Assembly: GCA_965215335.1 (NCBI GenBank)
Contig: CBDCDA010000002.1
Location: 192,001-256,000 of the forward strand
DNA length: 64,000 nucleotides
From: an uncultured Candidatus Entotheonella sp.
GTDB taxonomy: Bacteria; Tectomicrobia; Entotheonellia; Entotheonellales; Entotheonellaceae
Direction: 5' to 3'
Shown here: positions 21,190 through 30,778 of the stretch, piece after piece
How the letters are laid out: every line of letters starts with the position of its first letter
How positions within the stretch are numbered: position 1 is the first letter of the stretch
Notes under the pieces: model-generated
What the model was told of the DNA's origin: nothing
Database searches by the model: none
Seen by the model: only the letters and a program-made list of their open reading frames with translations
Position numbers and translations under genes: made by a program

Positions 21190-23484
21190 ATGTTGTCCTG
21201 TTACTCTGCTTCCAAATCACGGTCGAACCGTCCTGGATGGTCCATGAGCTTTCGCCATCCACTCCGTCGCGACGCTCGGGGCAAGCTCGGACTGAAAATA
21301 CGTCGAGGGCTTGGAGTCACTGACGAGGCTGAGGCGGACCGCCTTGTCGTGGAAATGAACACGCTGCTCGGAGATCAAACCTGGTGGAATGCGAACAAAC
21401 GGGCTGATGCCGAGCGTAAGTTCTCGAGGGTGACCGTGGCCGCCTTCTACGACGAGATTCAGACTGGACTGGAAGATCCTGAGTCACTCCGCGAGGAGCT
21501 CATCGCACTGCCATCCGCTGAGGATGGCTATTCCCGGGTTCTCTTCGTTGGGACGACGGGCGCCGGCAAGACCTCCCTGTTGAGGCAATTGATCGGTTCG
21601 GATCCAGATAAAGATCGTTTTCCCTCGACAGCACCTGCCAAAACTACCATCGCAGACATTGAGGTGGTCCAGAGCGACGGCGATTACCAAGCTGTGGTGA
21701 CCTTCTTTACCGAATTCCAAATCCAAGCGAATGTTGAAGAGTGCATCGTTGACGCTTGCCTCGCTGTCTCAGAAGGAATGCCAGACGACGAGGTCGCGGA
21801 CCGCCTCCTGAACCACCGAGATCAGAAGTTCAGACTCAGCTACATTTTGGGCGGTTGGGACAAGGCCAACGCCAACGCCCAGGAGGATGACGACTTCTCT
21901 TTCGAGCCCGAAAGACTTGAAACGGGCGATGAAGACAGTGCCCTAAGTTCCGCCGAACGTGCCGGGAACCGTGGTGTCCTTGAAGACTTTCTAGTCCGAA
22001 TCAGAGCGCTGGCCGAGGGGGTGAGGATACGTTTGTCGGATGACTTGGGTGTTGAGCCTGGGAAGATTGTGGGTCCGGACCACGAGGCCGCGGAACAACT
22101 AATTGAGGAGAATTTCGAGGCATATCTAGCCGAGGACGGGAGGTTTCATGAATTGTCTCGAGACGTACTCGATTGCATACGCGAGCGATTCGAGTTGATC
22201 AAAGACGGCCTAGAGCGGCATCGTTCAGGCTGGCCTAAGCGGTGGCAGTTCGTAGATAGTGACCGGGAGCATTTCATCGCTCAGATCCGATGGTTCTCCA
22301 GCAACTATTGGCTCCAGTTTGGTCGGCTCCTTACACCGCTGGTGAATGGTATTCGCGTCAAAGGCCCGCTCTTTCCGCCCTTCACTGAGGGGACGTCCAG
22401 TCTCGTCCTGATCGACGGCCAAGGTCTTGGCCACACGCCAGACTCCTCGTCGAGCCTGACGACGCATATCACTAGGCGGTTTGATCAGGCCGCTGTCATC
22501 CTGCTAGTCGACAACGCACAGCAGCCAATGCAGGCTGCCCCGCTTTCCGTTCTCCGCTCGGTCGCTACCAGCGGTCACAGTGAGAAGTTGGCAGTTGCCT
22601 TTACCCATTTCGATCAGATCAAAGGGGCCAACCTTCGAAACCGAGATGATAAACGCAGCCATGTCATGGCGTCGGTACGGAACGCACTATCCAATCTCCG
22701 TGATGTTCTCGGTGCCCCTATGTCCAAGAGTATCAAGCATGGCATCGACGCTAGGTGCTTCATGTTAGGTGGTGTCGATCGAAATCTCGCACAGTTGCCC
22801 GACCACGCCGCCGAATACATGCGCGCTGAACTGACAAACTTAGTGAAGTTTTGCGAAGACGCCATCCTACCGCCCCCGCCACCAGAAGCGTATCCGATAT
22901 ACGACCCTACCGGCATCGATTTCGCTGTCCGCGAAGCAGCCTCGAAATTCCAAGGCCCTTGGCTCGCGCGCCTCGGACTCGCCACCCATGAAGGAGTCAG
23001 GAAGGAGCACTGGACACGAGTGAAGGCGCTCAACCGGCGGTTCGCTTGTAAGCTTGATGTTGAGTACGACACCCTCCAACCGGTTGCCGATTTTGTGGCG
23101 CGGACGACGGAAGCGATCTCCCGCTTCCTCGACACGCCCATTGACTGGACGCATGATGAGCCCGAGGGCGACCATAAGCAACGAGCGGCAATCACGCCGA
23201 TCCAACGAATCGTGTCAACTAAGATGCACGAATTGGCGCTTCAGCGTCTTATCGAGCAGTCCCTTTCCGAATGGCGAGAGGCCTATGACCTGCGTGGAAC
23301 AGGATCGACGTTTGCTCGCGCTCGAAGGATTCGCGGCATCTACGACGAGGCTATTCCAGTTCCAGATGCTATAATGCCTCCATCTGCAAAGCAGCTCTTG
23401 TTTGAGGTGCGCCGCATCGTGACCGACGCTATCAGGGCGAGCGGTGGCGAAGTAAAATTGTCCGATTACAAGAATCTCTCATAG
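21190..23484 (+). CDS. Large P-loop GTPase (dynamin-like/TRAFAC) of unknown function
   Basis: G1 GTTGAGKT, G2-like KTT, G3 LIDGQG, G4-like FTHFD; codon usage visibly less GC3-biased than neighbours. Confidence 0.75.
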   Translation: MLSCYSASKSRSNRPGWSMSFRHPLRRDARGKLGLKIRRGLGVTDEAEADRLVVEMNTLLGDQTWWNANKRADAERKFSRVTVAAFYDEIQTGLEDPESLREELIALPSAEDGYSRVLFVGTTGAGKTSLLRQLIGSDPDKDRFPSTAPAKTTIADIEVVQSDGDYQAVVTFFTEFQIQANVEECIVDACLAVSEGMPDDEVADRLLNHRDQKFRLSYILGGWDKANANAQEDDDFSFEPERLETGDEDSALSSAERAGNRGVLEDFLVRIRALAEGVRIRLSDDLGVEPGKIVGPDHEAAEQLIEENFEAYLAEDGRFHELSRDVLDCIRERFELIKDGLERHRSGWPKRWQFVDSDREHFIAQIRWFSSNYWLQFGRLLTPLVNGIRVKGPLFPPFTEGTSSLVLIDGQGLGHTPDSSSSLTTHITRRFDQAAVILLVDNAQQPMQAAPLSVLRSVATSGHSEKLAVAFTHFDQIKGANLRNRDDKRSHVMASVRNALSNLRDVLGAPMSKSIKHGIDARCFMLGGVDRNLAQLPDHAAEYMRAELTNLVKFCEDAILPPPPPEAYPIYDPTGIDFAVREAASKFQGPWLARLGLATHEGVRKEHWTRVKALNRRFACKLDVEYDTLQPVADFVARTTEAISRFLDTPIDWTHDEPEGDHKQRAAITPIQRIVSTKMHELALQRLIEQSLSEWREAYDLRGTGSTFARARRIRGIYDEAIPVPDAIMPPSAKQLLFEVRRIVTDAIRASGGEVKLSDYKNLS

Positions 23485-23515
23485 GTTTCCCTACCTGCCC
23501 ATTGAGGAAATCAGG

Positions 23516-23790
23516 ATGGCTGATCCATCGCAGCAGGGCGACGCGCCGGACCAAGTGAGGCAGGCGAACGCCACGCGCCGTGCGGTGAAAACCCTGGCAG
23601 CCCGTAGTGTCTTGCAATGGAACGGATCCAAGCCTACAGGACTCAGGGGTGTACGAGTACGGCGTCATGCCGTGCCAGAGACGGTCATTGAGGGACGGCG
23701 ATGATTGTGTATATTGGACACCAGCAGCCTCGTAAAGCTGTATGTGGACGAGATTCACAGCGACGTAGTACATCTTGTCCAACCGGTTAC
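23516..23790 (+). pseudogene. Decayed type II toxin-antitoxin pair (antitoxin C-terminus plus frameshifted, truncated VapC PIN toxin)
   Basis: Antitoxin-like end WNGSKPTGLRGVRVRRHAVPETVIEGRR* overlaps ATGA at 23701; MIVY(+1 A)LDTSSLVKLYVDE is a VapC N-terminus and stops after about 25 aa. Confidence 0.7.
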
Positions 23791-23827
23791 TTCCCACCAT
23801 AATTCTCAGCCATTAAGGAGAACTCCC

Positions 23828-24346
23828 ATGAAACGACGCAACGCGTTTATCCTGGCCGGGTGCCTCGTGTTTTGCCTCGGCGTGACTTCCGTCAGCGCCA
23901 TGTCGCACGGCGATGGCCTGCCGCGGGTGCCGGCTCTGACGACCGAACTCGCCGAAACCATCGCCATTACCTGTGACGAGTACGCCAAGAAACAGGAAGG
24001 CTGGCGCCCCCTGAACATCGCCATCGTGGACGACGGCGGCGAGCTGTTCTACTTCCGCCGCGACCCCACGTCGTTCAAGGGCAGCATCGAGATCGCCATC
24101 AACAAGGCGTGGACGGCGACGCGCTTCGGCTTTCCGACGCGGGCCATCGGCGGCATCGTCAACCGCGAGCCCGGCAAGGTGCACGGCATTCAGTTCATGG
24201 ATCGCCTGATCATCTTTCCCGGCGGGCTGCCGATCATCGCGGATGGCACGGTCATCGGCGGGGTTGGCGTCAGCGGCGCCACCGGCGACCAGGACGAAGA
24301 GTGTGCCCAGGCGGGGCTCGATGCCGCCAAGGATATGCTGAAGTAG
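23828..24346 (+). CDS. Secreted GlcG/HbpS-family heme-binding protein
   Basis: TAAGGAG RBS, signal peptide, IAIVDDGG, IAINKAWTA, FPGGLPI, IGGVGVSGATGDQDE. Confidence 0.9.
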   Translation: MKRRNAFILAGCLVFCLGVTSVSAMSHGDGLPRVPALTTELAETIAITCDEYAKKQEGWRPLNIAIVDDGGELFYFRRDPTSFKGSIEIAINKAWTATRFGFPTRAIGGIVNREPGKVHGIQFMDRLIIFPGGLPIIADGTVIGGVGVSGATGDQDEECAQAGLDAAKDMLK

Positions 24347-24404
24347 ACGTAGCACCCGAGGGTCGGGGCGGTGATGTTGTCCCGGCCTTGTTCCGCGTTG
24401 TGAC

Positions 24405-24713
24405 TCATTCTCCCTGCCAACGGTAGACCTTCAAGTCAATCCGGTCGTTTTCCTCGAAGACTACGCCCTCCGACTCCAGCAGCAGCCGTTGGATGAGCGG
24501 TCTCTCGGCGGGGAAGCGGGGGCTGATCTCGCCCCGATGGTTGATGACGCGCTGCCACGGCACGTCGGTGCCGCGCGGCAGATAGCGCAACGCATAGCCC
24601 ACCGCACGCGCCGATCGCGGACTGCCGAGAAGCGCCGCCACCTGTCCGTATGTCACCACCTTGCCCGGCGGTATCTGCCGAACCAATTCGTACACCTGTT
24701 CGTAGAAATGCAT
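24405..24713 (-). CDS. Alkyltransferase-like protein (MGMT family, Atl/YbaZ type)
   Basis: IPPGKVVTYGQVA, ARAVG, PWQRVIN (Trp in place of the catalytic Cys). Confidence 0.9.
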   Translation of the reverse strand: MHFYEQVYELVRQIPPGKVVTYGQVAALLGSPRSARAVGYALRYLPRGTDVPWQRVINHRGEISPRFPAERPLIQRLLLESEGVVFEENDRIDLKVYRWQGE

Positions 24714-24807
24714 CGTGATGACCTGCGGCGGGTTCGTTTGCGCCTATAATGGCGGTAGGTTACGGTAATGTTCTGGGCGCGAAGAAATTTCTCGTTCGGA
24801 GAACGGA

Positions 24808-26265
24808 ATGGATCTCTGCGAACTGCGGCACGTGGTGAATCTGGCACTGGACGTTATCGCCGGGGACCCGTCGTTTCTGGAGGCCGAGGTCTGTGCCTCC
24901 TGGTGCGAACAGCAGATTGTCGAGTTGAACCACGATACCCCCCATCCCGAAAGCGCCGGGCCATCCCTGCGCGACGAAACGGCCTGCGGTTTCAGCATCC
25001 TCCTGGTCATGACCGATGGCGCCGGCCGCAAAGTCGGCTTTGGCGTCGACCGGAACGACCTCTCACGCGACGGTATCGCCCTGGCGTTGGAAATCGCCAA
25101 ACAGAACGCCGTCGCCGATGCGGGTTTTACCAGTCTGCCGAAACCGTCGGAAGCGACCCCTATCGCCCCCCTGCTGCACGATCCGGCGGTCGTGAGCCTG
25201 CCCGTCGACGCCGTCGCCGGGTTGGCCAACGAAGCGCTGGACGGCGCGTTGTCGACCTTCAGGGAATCGGCTGTCGAAGCGCCCTTCCAGGTCAGCGGCG
25301 AGGTGCGCAGCCGTACGGAACTGATAGTAGTCGGCAATTCGCACGGCTTGTTGGCTGAGGATAGCTCGACCTCCCTGCTCGCCACCCTGCACGGGCTTCT
25401 CGGCTCGCAGCAGACCCACGGTGTCGGCAGCCACAGCGCCACGCATCTCAATGATTTCTCACCGCACGACGCCGGCGTCGAAGCGGCCATAGAGGCGCTA
25501 CGGGCGCACGGCGGTACGGCTTTGCCGGCTGGCGAGTACGCTGTTATCTTCGGTCCGCGGGCCGTTGCCGACCTGTGGCAGGACCTCCTGCTGCCGGCCC
25601 TCAGCCTCGACACCCTTGCAAACGGTACCAGCCCCTTCGAAGGTCGATTCGGTCAGCAGATCACCAGCGCCTTTCTGACCGTCGCCGATGAAGGGCGCTT
25701 TCCCGGCCTGGTCGGTAGTCGCTCGATAACCGGCGACGGTTTGCCCACCGGCAGCACCACCCTGATTGCAGACGGTCGTTTGACGGGTTTTCTGGCCGAT
25801 GCCTATCATGCCCAGGCCATGGCGCCGAAATTCGGTCCGCTGCCGCCACATAACGGCATGCGGCACGCCATGAACGGTGAAAGCTTTGCCATGCGCCCCG
25901 GTATTTTCCCCACCAACGTAACCTTCGCCAGCGATGAAGCCGTGCCGCGCGATGCTCTCGTGGTGCCGATAACGAACGGCATTTACGTCGGCGGCCTGTG
26001 GGCCGCGACATTCCGGCACGGTTCGACACCCGGTGACTTCATCGGCACCGTTGTCGGTCCATCCTTTCACATCCACGAAGGCAAACTCATCCGACCTCTG
26101 CAGCCTCGCGCGCTACATATTCGAGATAACGTGCTTGACGTGCTGCAACGCCTTACCGGACTTTCCACCCTGCGACGGCCAGTCGTGTTGACCAGTGGCC
26201 AATCCGTGGTGCTGGCGCCCGAGTTGCGGTGCAGCCAGGTCTCCTTTGTTCAACGCCGAGGATAG
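24808..26265 (+). CDS. TldD/PmbA-family protein (PmbA/TldE-like)
   Basis: GEYAVIFGPRAV, GSRSITGDGLP, LIADGRLTGFL, PTNV; no HExxxH seen. Confidence 0.75.
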   Translation: MDLCELRHVVNLALDVIAGDPSFLEAEVCASWCEQQIVELNHDTPHPESAGPSLRDETACGFSILLVMTDGAGRKVGFGVDRNDLSRDGIALALEIAKQNAVADAGFTSLPKPSEATPIAPLLHDPAVVSLPVDAVAGLANEALDGALSTFRESAVEAPFQVSGEVRSRTELIVVGNSHGLLAEDSSTSLLATLHGLLGSQQTHGVGSHSATHLNDFSPHDAGVEAAIEALRAHGGTALPAGEYAVIFGPRAVADLWQDLLLPALSLDTLANGTSPFEGRFGQQITSAFLTVADEGRFPGLVGSRSITGDGLPTGSTTLIADGRLTGFLADAYHAQAMAPKFGPLPPHNGMRHAMNGESFAMRPGIFPTNVTFASDEAVPRDALVVPITNGIYVGGLWAATFRHGSTPGDFIGTVVGPSFHIHEGKLIRPLQPRALHIRDNVLDVLQRLTGLSTLRRPVVLTSGQSVVLAPELRCSQVSFVQRRG

Positions 26266-27002
26266 CGTAGCGCCCAGCCGAGCTGCCGGGCGATGCCGCG
26301 CAGCAGCCGTACGTCGCGGCGTTCAAGACCGGTGCGCTCGAAAATGCGCCGCAAGCCGCTGAGGGCGCGTTCTACCGCCGGTTCGCCGGGAAAGCCTCGT
26401 ATCGAGAACGCCTGCCGGAGGTGCTGGTACATGGCCTCGCTTTCCGCCACGGAAGCGAGCGGCGGTGCGGGCGGCGCGGCGGGGGCATGACGGGGCTGTG
26501 AGATTTCGTAACACACGACCGCTACTGCCTGGGCCAAGTTGAGCGACGTCGCCTCGGGCGCGGTAGGAATTGCTATCAGGTCGTGACAGGCATCGAGTTC
26601 TGCGGTGGTCAGCCCGGCATCTTCCGGTCCGAATACCAGGCCAATCCGGTACTGCTGGCACAACGTCGGCAACTTGTCGCCGAGTTGCCTCGGCGTCAGC
26701 GGCAAGTTGCGGTGTTGGCGCTGGCGCGCCGACGTGCCGGCCAGCCAATGACACGCCGCAGTGGCGACGGCCAGGGTATCATGAACCTCCGCCTCTTCCA
26801 GCAGCTTGCGCGCGCCGCTGGCCCTCATGCGCGCTTCCGGGTGGGGAAACCGCTCGGGAGCCACGAGCGCCAGGCGAGTGAAGCCCATGTTGCGCATCAC
26901 GCGCGCCACCGATCCGATATTGCCCGGACTTCGTGGGCGCACGAGGATGATGCTGACATGGTTCGTATCAAGTGCGAAACTCATGCGCGGCGTGCTCTCC
27001 AC
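26250..27002 (-). CDS. SPOUT RNA methyltransferase, TrmJ/LasT type
   Basis: PGNIGSVARVMRNMG, GTSAR, VFGPEDAGLT, SLNLAQAV. Confidence 0.9.
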   Translation of the reverse strand: MESTPRMSFALDTNHVSIILVRPRSPGNIGSVARVMRNMGFTRLALVAPERFPHPEARMRASGARKLLEEAEVHDTLAVATAACHWLAGTSARQRQHRNLPLTPRQLGDKLPTLCQQYRIGLVFGPEDAGLTTAELDACHDLIAIPTAPEATSLNLAQAVAVVCYEISQPRHAPAAPPAPPLASVAESEAMYQHLRQAFSIRGFPGEPAVERALSGLRRIFERTGLERRDVRLLRGIARQLGWALRYPRR

Positions 27003-27030
27003 GAGCTTCCTGGCGTTGCCGGAAGCGCGT

Positions 27031-28563
27031 TTAGCCGAACAGGGTCTTGGGTGCGATGCGGTACTTCTTCAACTTGTAGCCGAGTTGCCTGGGAGTGATG
27101 CCGAGCAGCATGGCGGCCCGCGTCTGCACGCCGCCGCTCGTCTGCAGGGCCTTGATGAGCCGCTCGCACTCGATTTCAGCCACGGCCTTGGGAAGCGTAG
27201 ACGAACGGGTTTCGGGAGGGGGGGGCGCCGGTGGTGCGGGCACTGCAGCCAGTGGGGCCGGATTCAGGTTCATGGAAAGCGGTACGTCCTCTGGCGCCAC
27301 GATATCCCGTCGGGTCATCACGACCATGCGCTCGACGCAATTTTCCAGCTCTCGAACGTTGCCGGGCCAGTCGTACTCGACGATCGAGTCCATGGCGGCG
27401 GACGAAATTTTCAGATTCCTGCGATTCTCCGCATTGAAGCGCCTCAGGAAATAGCCCACCAGAGACGGAATGTCTTCGCGCCGCTCGCGCAGGGAGGGCA
27501 GCACGATGGGCACGACGTGCAGGCGGTAGTAGAGGTCTTCGCGGAACCGCCGGTGACGCACGGCTTCTTCCAGATCGACGTTCGTGGCTGCGATGATGCG
27601 CACGTCGACCGAGATCGGGCGGTGGCCGCCGACGCGCTCGAAGTTGCGCTCCTGCAGGACGCGCAACAGCTTCACCTGCATGGCCAGGCTCATGTCGCCG
27701 ATTTCGTCGAGCAACAAGGTGCCGTTGTCCGCCAGCTCGAAACGACCGCGCCGCGTTTTGACCGCCCCGGTAAAGGCGCCTTTTTCGTGCCCGAACAGTT
27801 CGCTCTCCAGCAGGGTTTCCGGCAGCGCGGCGCAGTTGAGCTTGACGAACGGCTGCTGGCGCCGCGTACTCGACTTGTGCAGCGCACGCGCGACCAATTC
27901 CTTGCCGGTGCCGCTCTCGCCGCGCAGCAGGATGGTCGAACGACTGTTGGCCGCCTGCTGAATCTCGTGCATGATGGCTTTCATGCGCGGGCTCTGGCCA
28001 ATGATCTGATCCGGGTTGTAACTGGCGGAGAGCCCGGCGGCGGTATCGCTGGCGGTGTCGTGCGCCTTGAGGCGTTCCTGCATGCTGGCGGTTTGCAGGT
28101 GGCAACCGAGAACGGTGCCGACGACGTTCAGACACGTCAGGGCGGCTTTCAGCGGCACGGCCGGCTGCTTGGGGCAGAAAAACACCATGACGCCGACGGC
28201 TTGATGCACGCCCGTCAAGGGCGTTGACAGGACCATGCCTTCGGCGGCCCGGTCCGGTCCACCGCCGGGCAGCACCGTATGGCGGGCAGTGGCTTCGCCG
28301 TGCGCTTCAACGCCGTCAACGAGTTCCCGGCCCATTTGAATGATCTGTCTCTGAGCGTCCCCGTGGGCCCACTCCTGCTGCCGCTTGGGGGAGGCGTCCG
28401 CCAACACGATGGCGCCGCCGCGCGCCCCCAGCACGTCGTTCAGCGTGTGCAGAGCGCGTTCGAGGGTAGTGAATGGGTTGCGGCTGTCGCGCACCAACTG
28501 CGCGATCTGTTCGAGCCGTTGCATGGTCCCGTTCAGTACCGCAGAACCAGCCGATTTTGCCAT
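27031..28563 (-). CDS. Sigma54-dependent transcriptional activator (GAF-AAA+-HTH, NifA-like)
   Basis: GESGTGKE, ESELFGHEKGAFTGA, LLDEIGD, WPGNVRELEN, HTH GGVQTRAAMLLGITPRQLGYKL; GAGGAGG RBS. Confidence 0.92.
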   Translation of the reverse strand: MAKSAGSAVLNGTMQRLEQIAQLVRDSRNPFTTLERALHTLNDVLGARGGAIVLADASPKRQQEWAHGDAQRQIIQMGRELVDGVEAHGEATARHTVLPGGGPDRAAEGMVLSTPLTGVHQAVGVMVFFCPKQPAVPLKAALTCLNVVGTVLGCHLQTASMQERLKAHDTASDTAAGLSASYNPDQIIGQSPRMKAIMHEIQQAANSRSTILLRGESGTGKELVARALHKSSTRRQQPFVKLNCAALPETLLESELFGHEKGAFTGAVKTRRGRFELADNGTLLLDEIGDMSLAMQVKLLRVLQERNFERVGGHRPISVDVRIIAATNVDLEEAVRHRRFREDLYYRLHVVPIVLPSLRERREDIPSLVGYFLRRFNAENRRNLKISSAAMDSIVEYDWPGNVRELENCVERMVVMTRRDIVAPEDVPLSMNLNPAPLAAVPAPPAPPPPETRSSTLPKAVAEIECERLIKALQTSGGVQTRAAMLLGITPRQLGYKLKKYRIAPKTLFG

Positions 28564-28681
28564 CCTGACAGCCCTCCTCGGCAGAAGATTCTTCAATCTG
28601 CACTCCCAATGGGATATACGTTATCACGGTGGAGGTCAAGCGTCGCGGGAGGTTTTCGTGCGTCAGTCCCTGTTGCATTTG

Positions 28682-28697
28682 TGCCGGAATCGTGCCA
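28682..28697 (-). promoter_or_regulatory. Possible sigma54 -24/-12 promoter
   Basis: TGGCACGATTCCGGCA (GG-N10-GC) about 120 nt upstream of the activator start. Confidence 0.3.
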
Positions 28698-28743
28698 CGG
28701 TCAGATCGGGCAGCATGAGACCTCGTGAGCCTGTGGAGCGAGT

Positions 28744-29466
28744 ATGCGGAACTACGATGCGGTATTTTTCGATGCGGCGAATACCCTTTTGTACCCCTAT
28801 CCATCCATGAGCGCCGTCTACGCCGAGGTGGCCGCGCGGTATGGCGTGACGACGACGGCCGACGCGGTGCAGACGGCCTTTCGCCGGGCGTGGGGCGAGG
28901 CCCAAGCAGCCACCGACCCAGTGCGCTATGGCTTCGGCGAACCCGATGGGCGCCGCTTCTGGCACGCCTTGGTGCACGCCACCTTTACGCAGATCGCGCT
29001 GCCCGGGGACTTCGAGGCGTTCTTTGACGAGTTGTATTGGGTCTTTTCGCAACCGACCGTCTGGCGGCTTTACCCGGAATGCCTCAATGTGCTTCAAACC
29101 CTCCGCCAGCGGGGGTACACTGTCGGCATTATTTCCAACTGGGACATCAGGCTGCTGGACCTGTTGCACGGCCTGGGGCTGATGTCCTGCGTTCAGCACG
29201 TCAGCATCTCCGCCGTGGTCGGGTGGGAGAAGCCGCACGGCAACATTTTTACGTACGCGCTCGACGCCGTCGGCGTGGCCCCGGCGCGTGCCGTGCACAT
29301 TGGGGACAGCCTGCACGCCGACGTGCATGGCGCACGGCAAGCCGGCATGCAGCCGCTGTGGTTGCGGCGGGACGGTGACGCGCACCGCGCTGGCGCGCCT
29401 GGCGATGATGAGGTGATACACGACCTCAACGGCGTTCTCGATTGGCTAGCGAAGCACGACGGGTAG
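28744..29466 (+). CDS. HAD-superfamily hydrolase (REG-2-like)
   Basis: FFDAANTL, IISNWD, EKPHGNIF, HIGDSLHADV.GA..AG. Confidence 0.9.
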   Translation: MRNYDAVFFDAANTLLYPYPSMSAVYAEVAARYGVTTTADAVQTAFRRAWGEAQAATDPVRYGFGEPDGRRFWHALVHATFTQIALPGDFEAFFDELYWVFSQPTVWRLYPECLNVLQTLRQRGYTVGIISNWDIRLLDLLHGLGLMSCVQHVSISAVVGWEKPHGNIFTYALDAVGVAPARAVHIGDSLHADVHGARQAGMQPLWLRRDGDAHRAGAPGDDEVIHDLNGVLDWLAKHDG

Positions 29467-29587
29467 ATTCCGGCACGTTGCGCCGTCCAGTGCCTGTTGG
29501 TATTGTTACCGCACTTTCCGTATCCGCATTTGAATTCATCGGCGATGGGCTGTTTGGCTCGATGGACAGCGCGTTTAGGAGTTACGC

Positions 29588-30778
29588 ATGGCTAAGACGC
29601 AACAAGATCTTCTTGTCGCGGCGCGGCAGGAAATCCCGGAAGTGAGCGTGCAGGAGGTGCAGGAACGTGGCCAGCCCGGTGACGACTTCGTGCTCCTGGA
29701 CGTACGCGAGAACGACGAGGTGCGCAGCGGCTACATCGACGGGGCGGTCACCATCCCGCGCGGCTTTCTCGAATTTCAAGTAGCCAGCAAGGTGCCGCAG
29801 ACCGACAAGGAAGTGATCGTTTACTGTGCGGGCGGCGCTCGCTCGCTGCTGGCGGCTCAGGTGCTGCGCTCGATGGGGTATGAAAACGTGTCGTCGATGG
29901 CCGGCGGCATGACCCGCTGGAAGGATGCCGGATTTCCCGTTCAGCGCGACCGGCAGCTCAGTGCGGAGCAGCTCGAGCGCTACAGCCGGCATTTCCTGTT
30001 GTCCCAGATCGGCGAAAAGGGGCAGGGGAAGCTCCTCGACGCCAAAGTCCTGCTGGTAGGAGCCGGCGGCCTCGGCTCGCCCGCGGCGCTGTATCTCGCC
30101 GCCGCGGGTGTCGGCACCCTTGGCTTGGTGGACGCCGATGTGGTGGACCTGTCCAACCTGCAACGTCAGGTGTTGCACAGCAATGACCGTATCGGCTTGC
30201 CCAAAACCGAGTCGGGCAAAATCGCCATCAACGCCCTCAACCCGGACGTCAACGTGCAGGCGCATAATGAGCGCCTGACGACCGATAACGTCCTGGACCT
30301 GTTCGCTGAGTACGATATCATCGTGGACGGTTGCGACAACTTCCCGACGCGCTATCTGGTCAACGACGCCGCGGTGCTGGCGCGCAAACCCGTGGTACAC
30401 GGCAGCATTTTCCAGTTCGAGGGACAGGCGAGCGTGTTCAAGCCGCATGAAGGTCCATGTTATCGCTGCCTGTTTCCCACGCCGCCGCCGCCGGGGCTGG
30501 TGCCCTCGTGAAGCGAGGCCGGCGTCCTGGGAGTTTTGCCCGGGGTCATTGGTGTGGTGCAGGCGACGGAAACCGTGAAGCTCATCGTCGGGCAGGGCGA
30601 CCCCCTGGTCGGCCGCCTGCTGATGTACGACTCGCTGGCCATGACGTTCCGCGAAATCCGTCTGCGGCGTGATCCGAATTGCCCATTGTGCGGCGACAAT
30701 CCGACCATCACGAGGTTGGTCGATTACGAGGAGCTCTGCGGTCTGGCTGCTCCAGAACCGGTAGGTGTGGGTGACTAG
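29588..30778 (+). CDS. moeB: Rhodanese-MoeB (MoeZ-like) adenylyltransferase; predicted selenoprotein (in-frame TGA 30509-30511, codon 308)
   Basis: Rhodanese VYCAGGARS; RYSRH, GAGGLGS, DLSNLQRQ, GPCYRC; VPS-TGA-SEAGVLGVLPG continues in frame to RRDPNCPLCG; TGA occupies the Cys of the conserved VPSCxEAGVLG motif. Confidence 0.88.
30524..30546 (+). promoter_or_regulatory. Putative SECIS of moeB
   Basis: CCTGGG-AGTTTTG-CCCGGG hairpin; loop G 21 nt after UGA. Confidence 0.5.

Noticed and set aside
23705..24346. Apparent PIN-GlcG fusion protein
   Set aside because: It is a chance in-frame join of the VapC remnant; GlcG has its own RBS, ATG 23828 and signal peptide.
27031..28563. Calling the activator nifA and inferring nitrogen fixation
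   Set aside because: Similarity is at family level only; there are no nif structural genes here.
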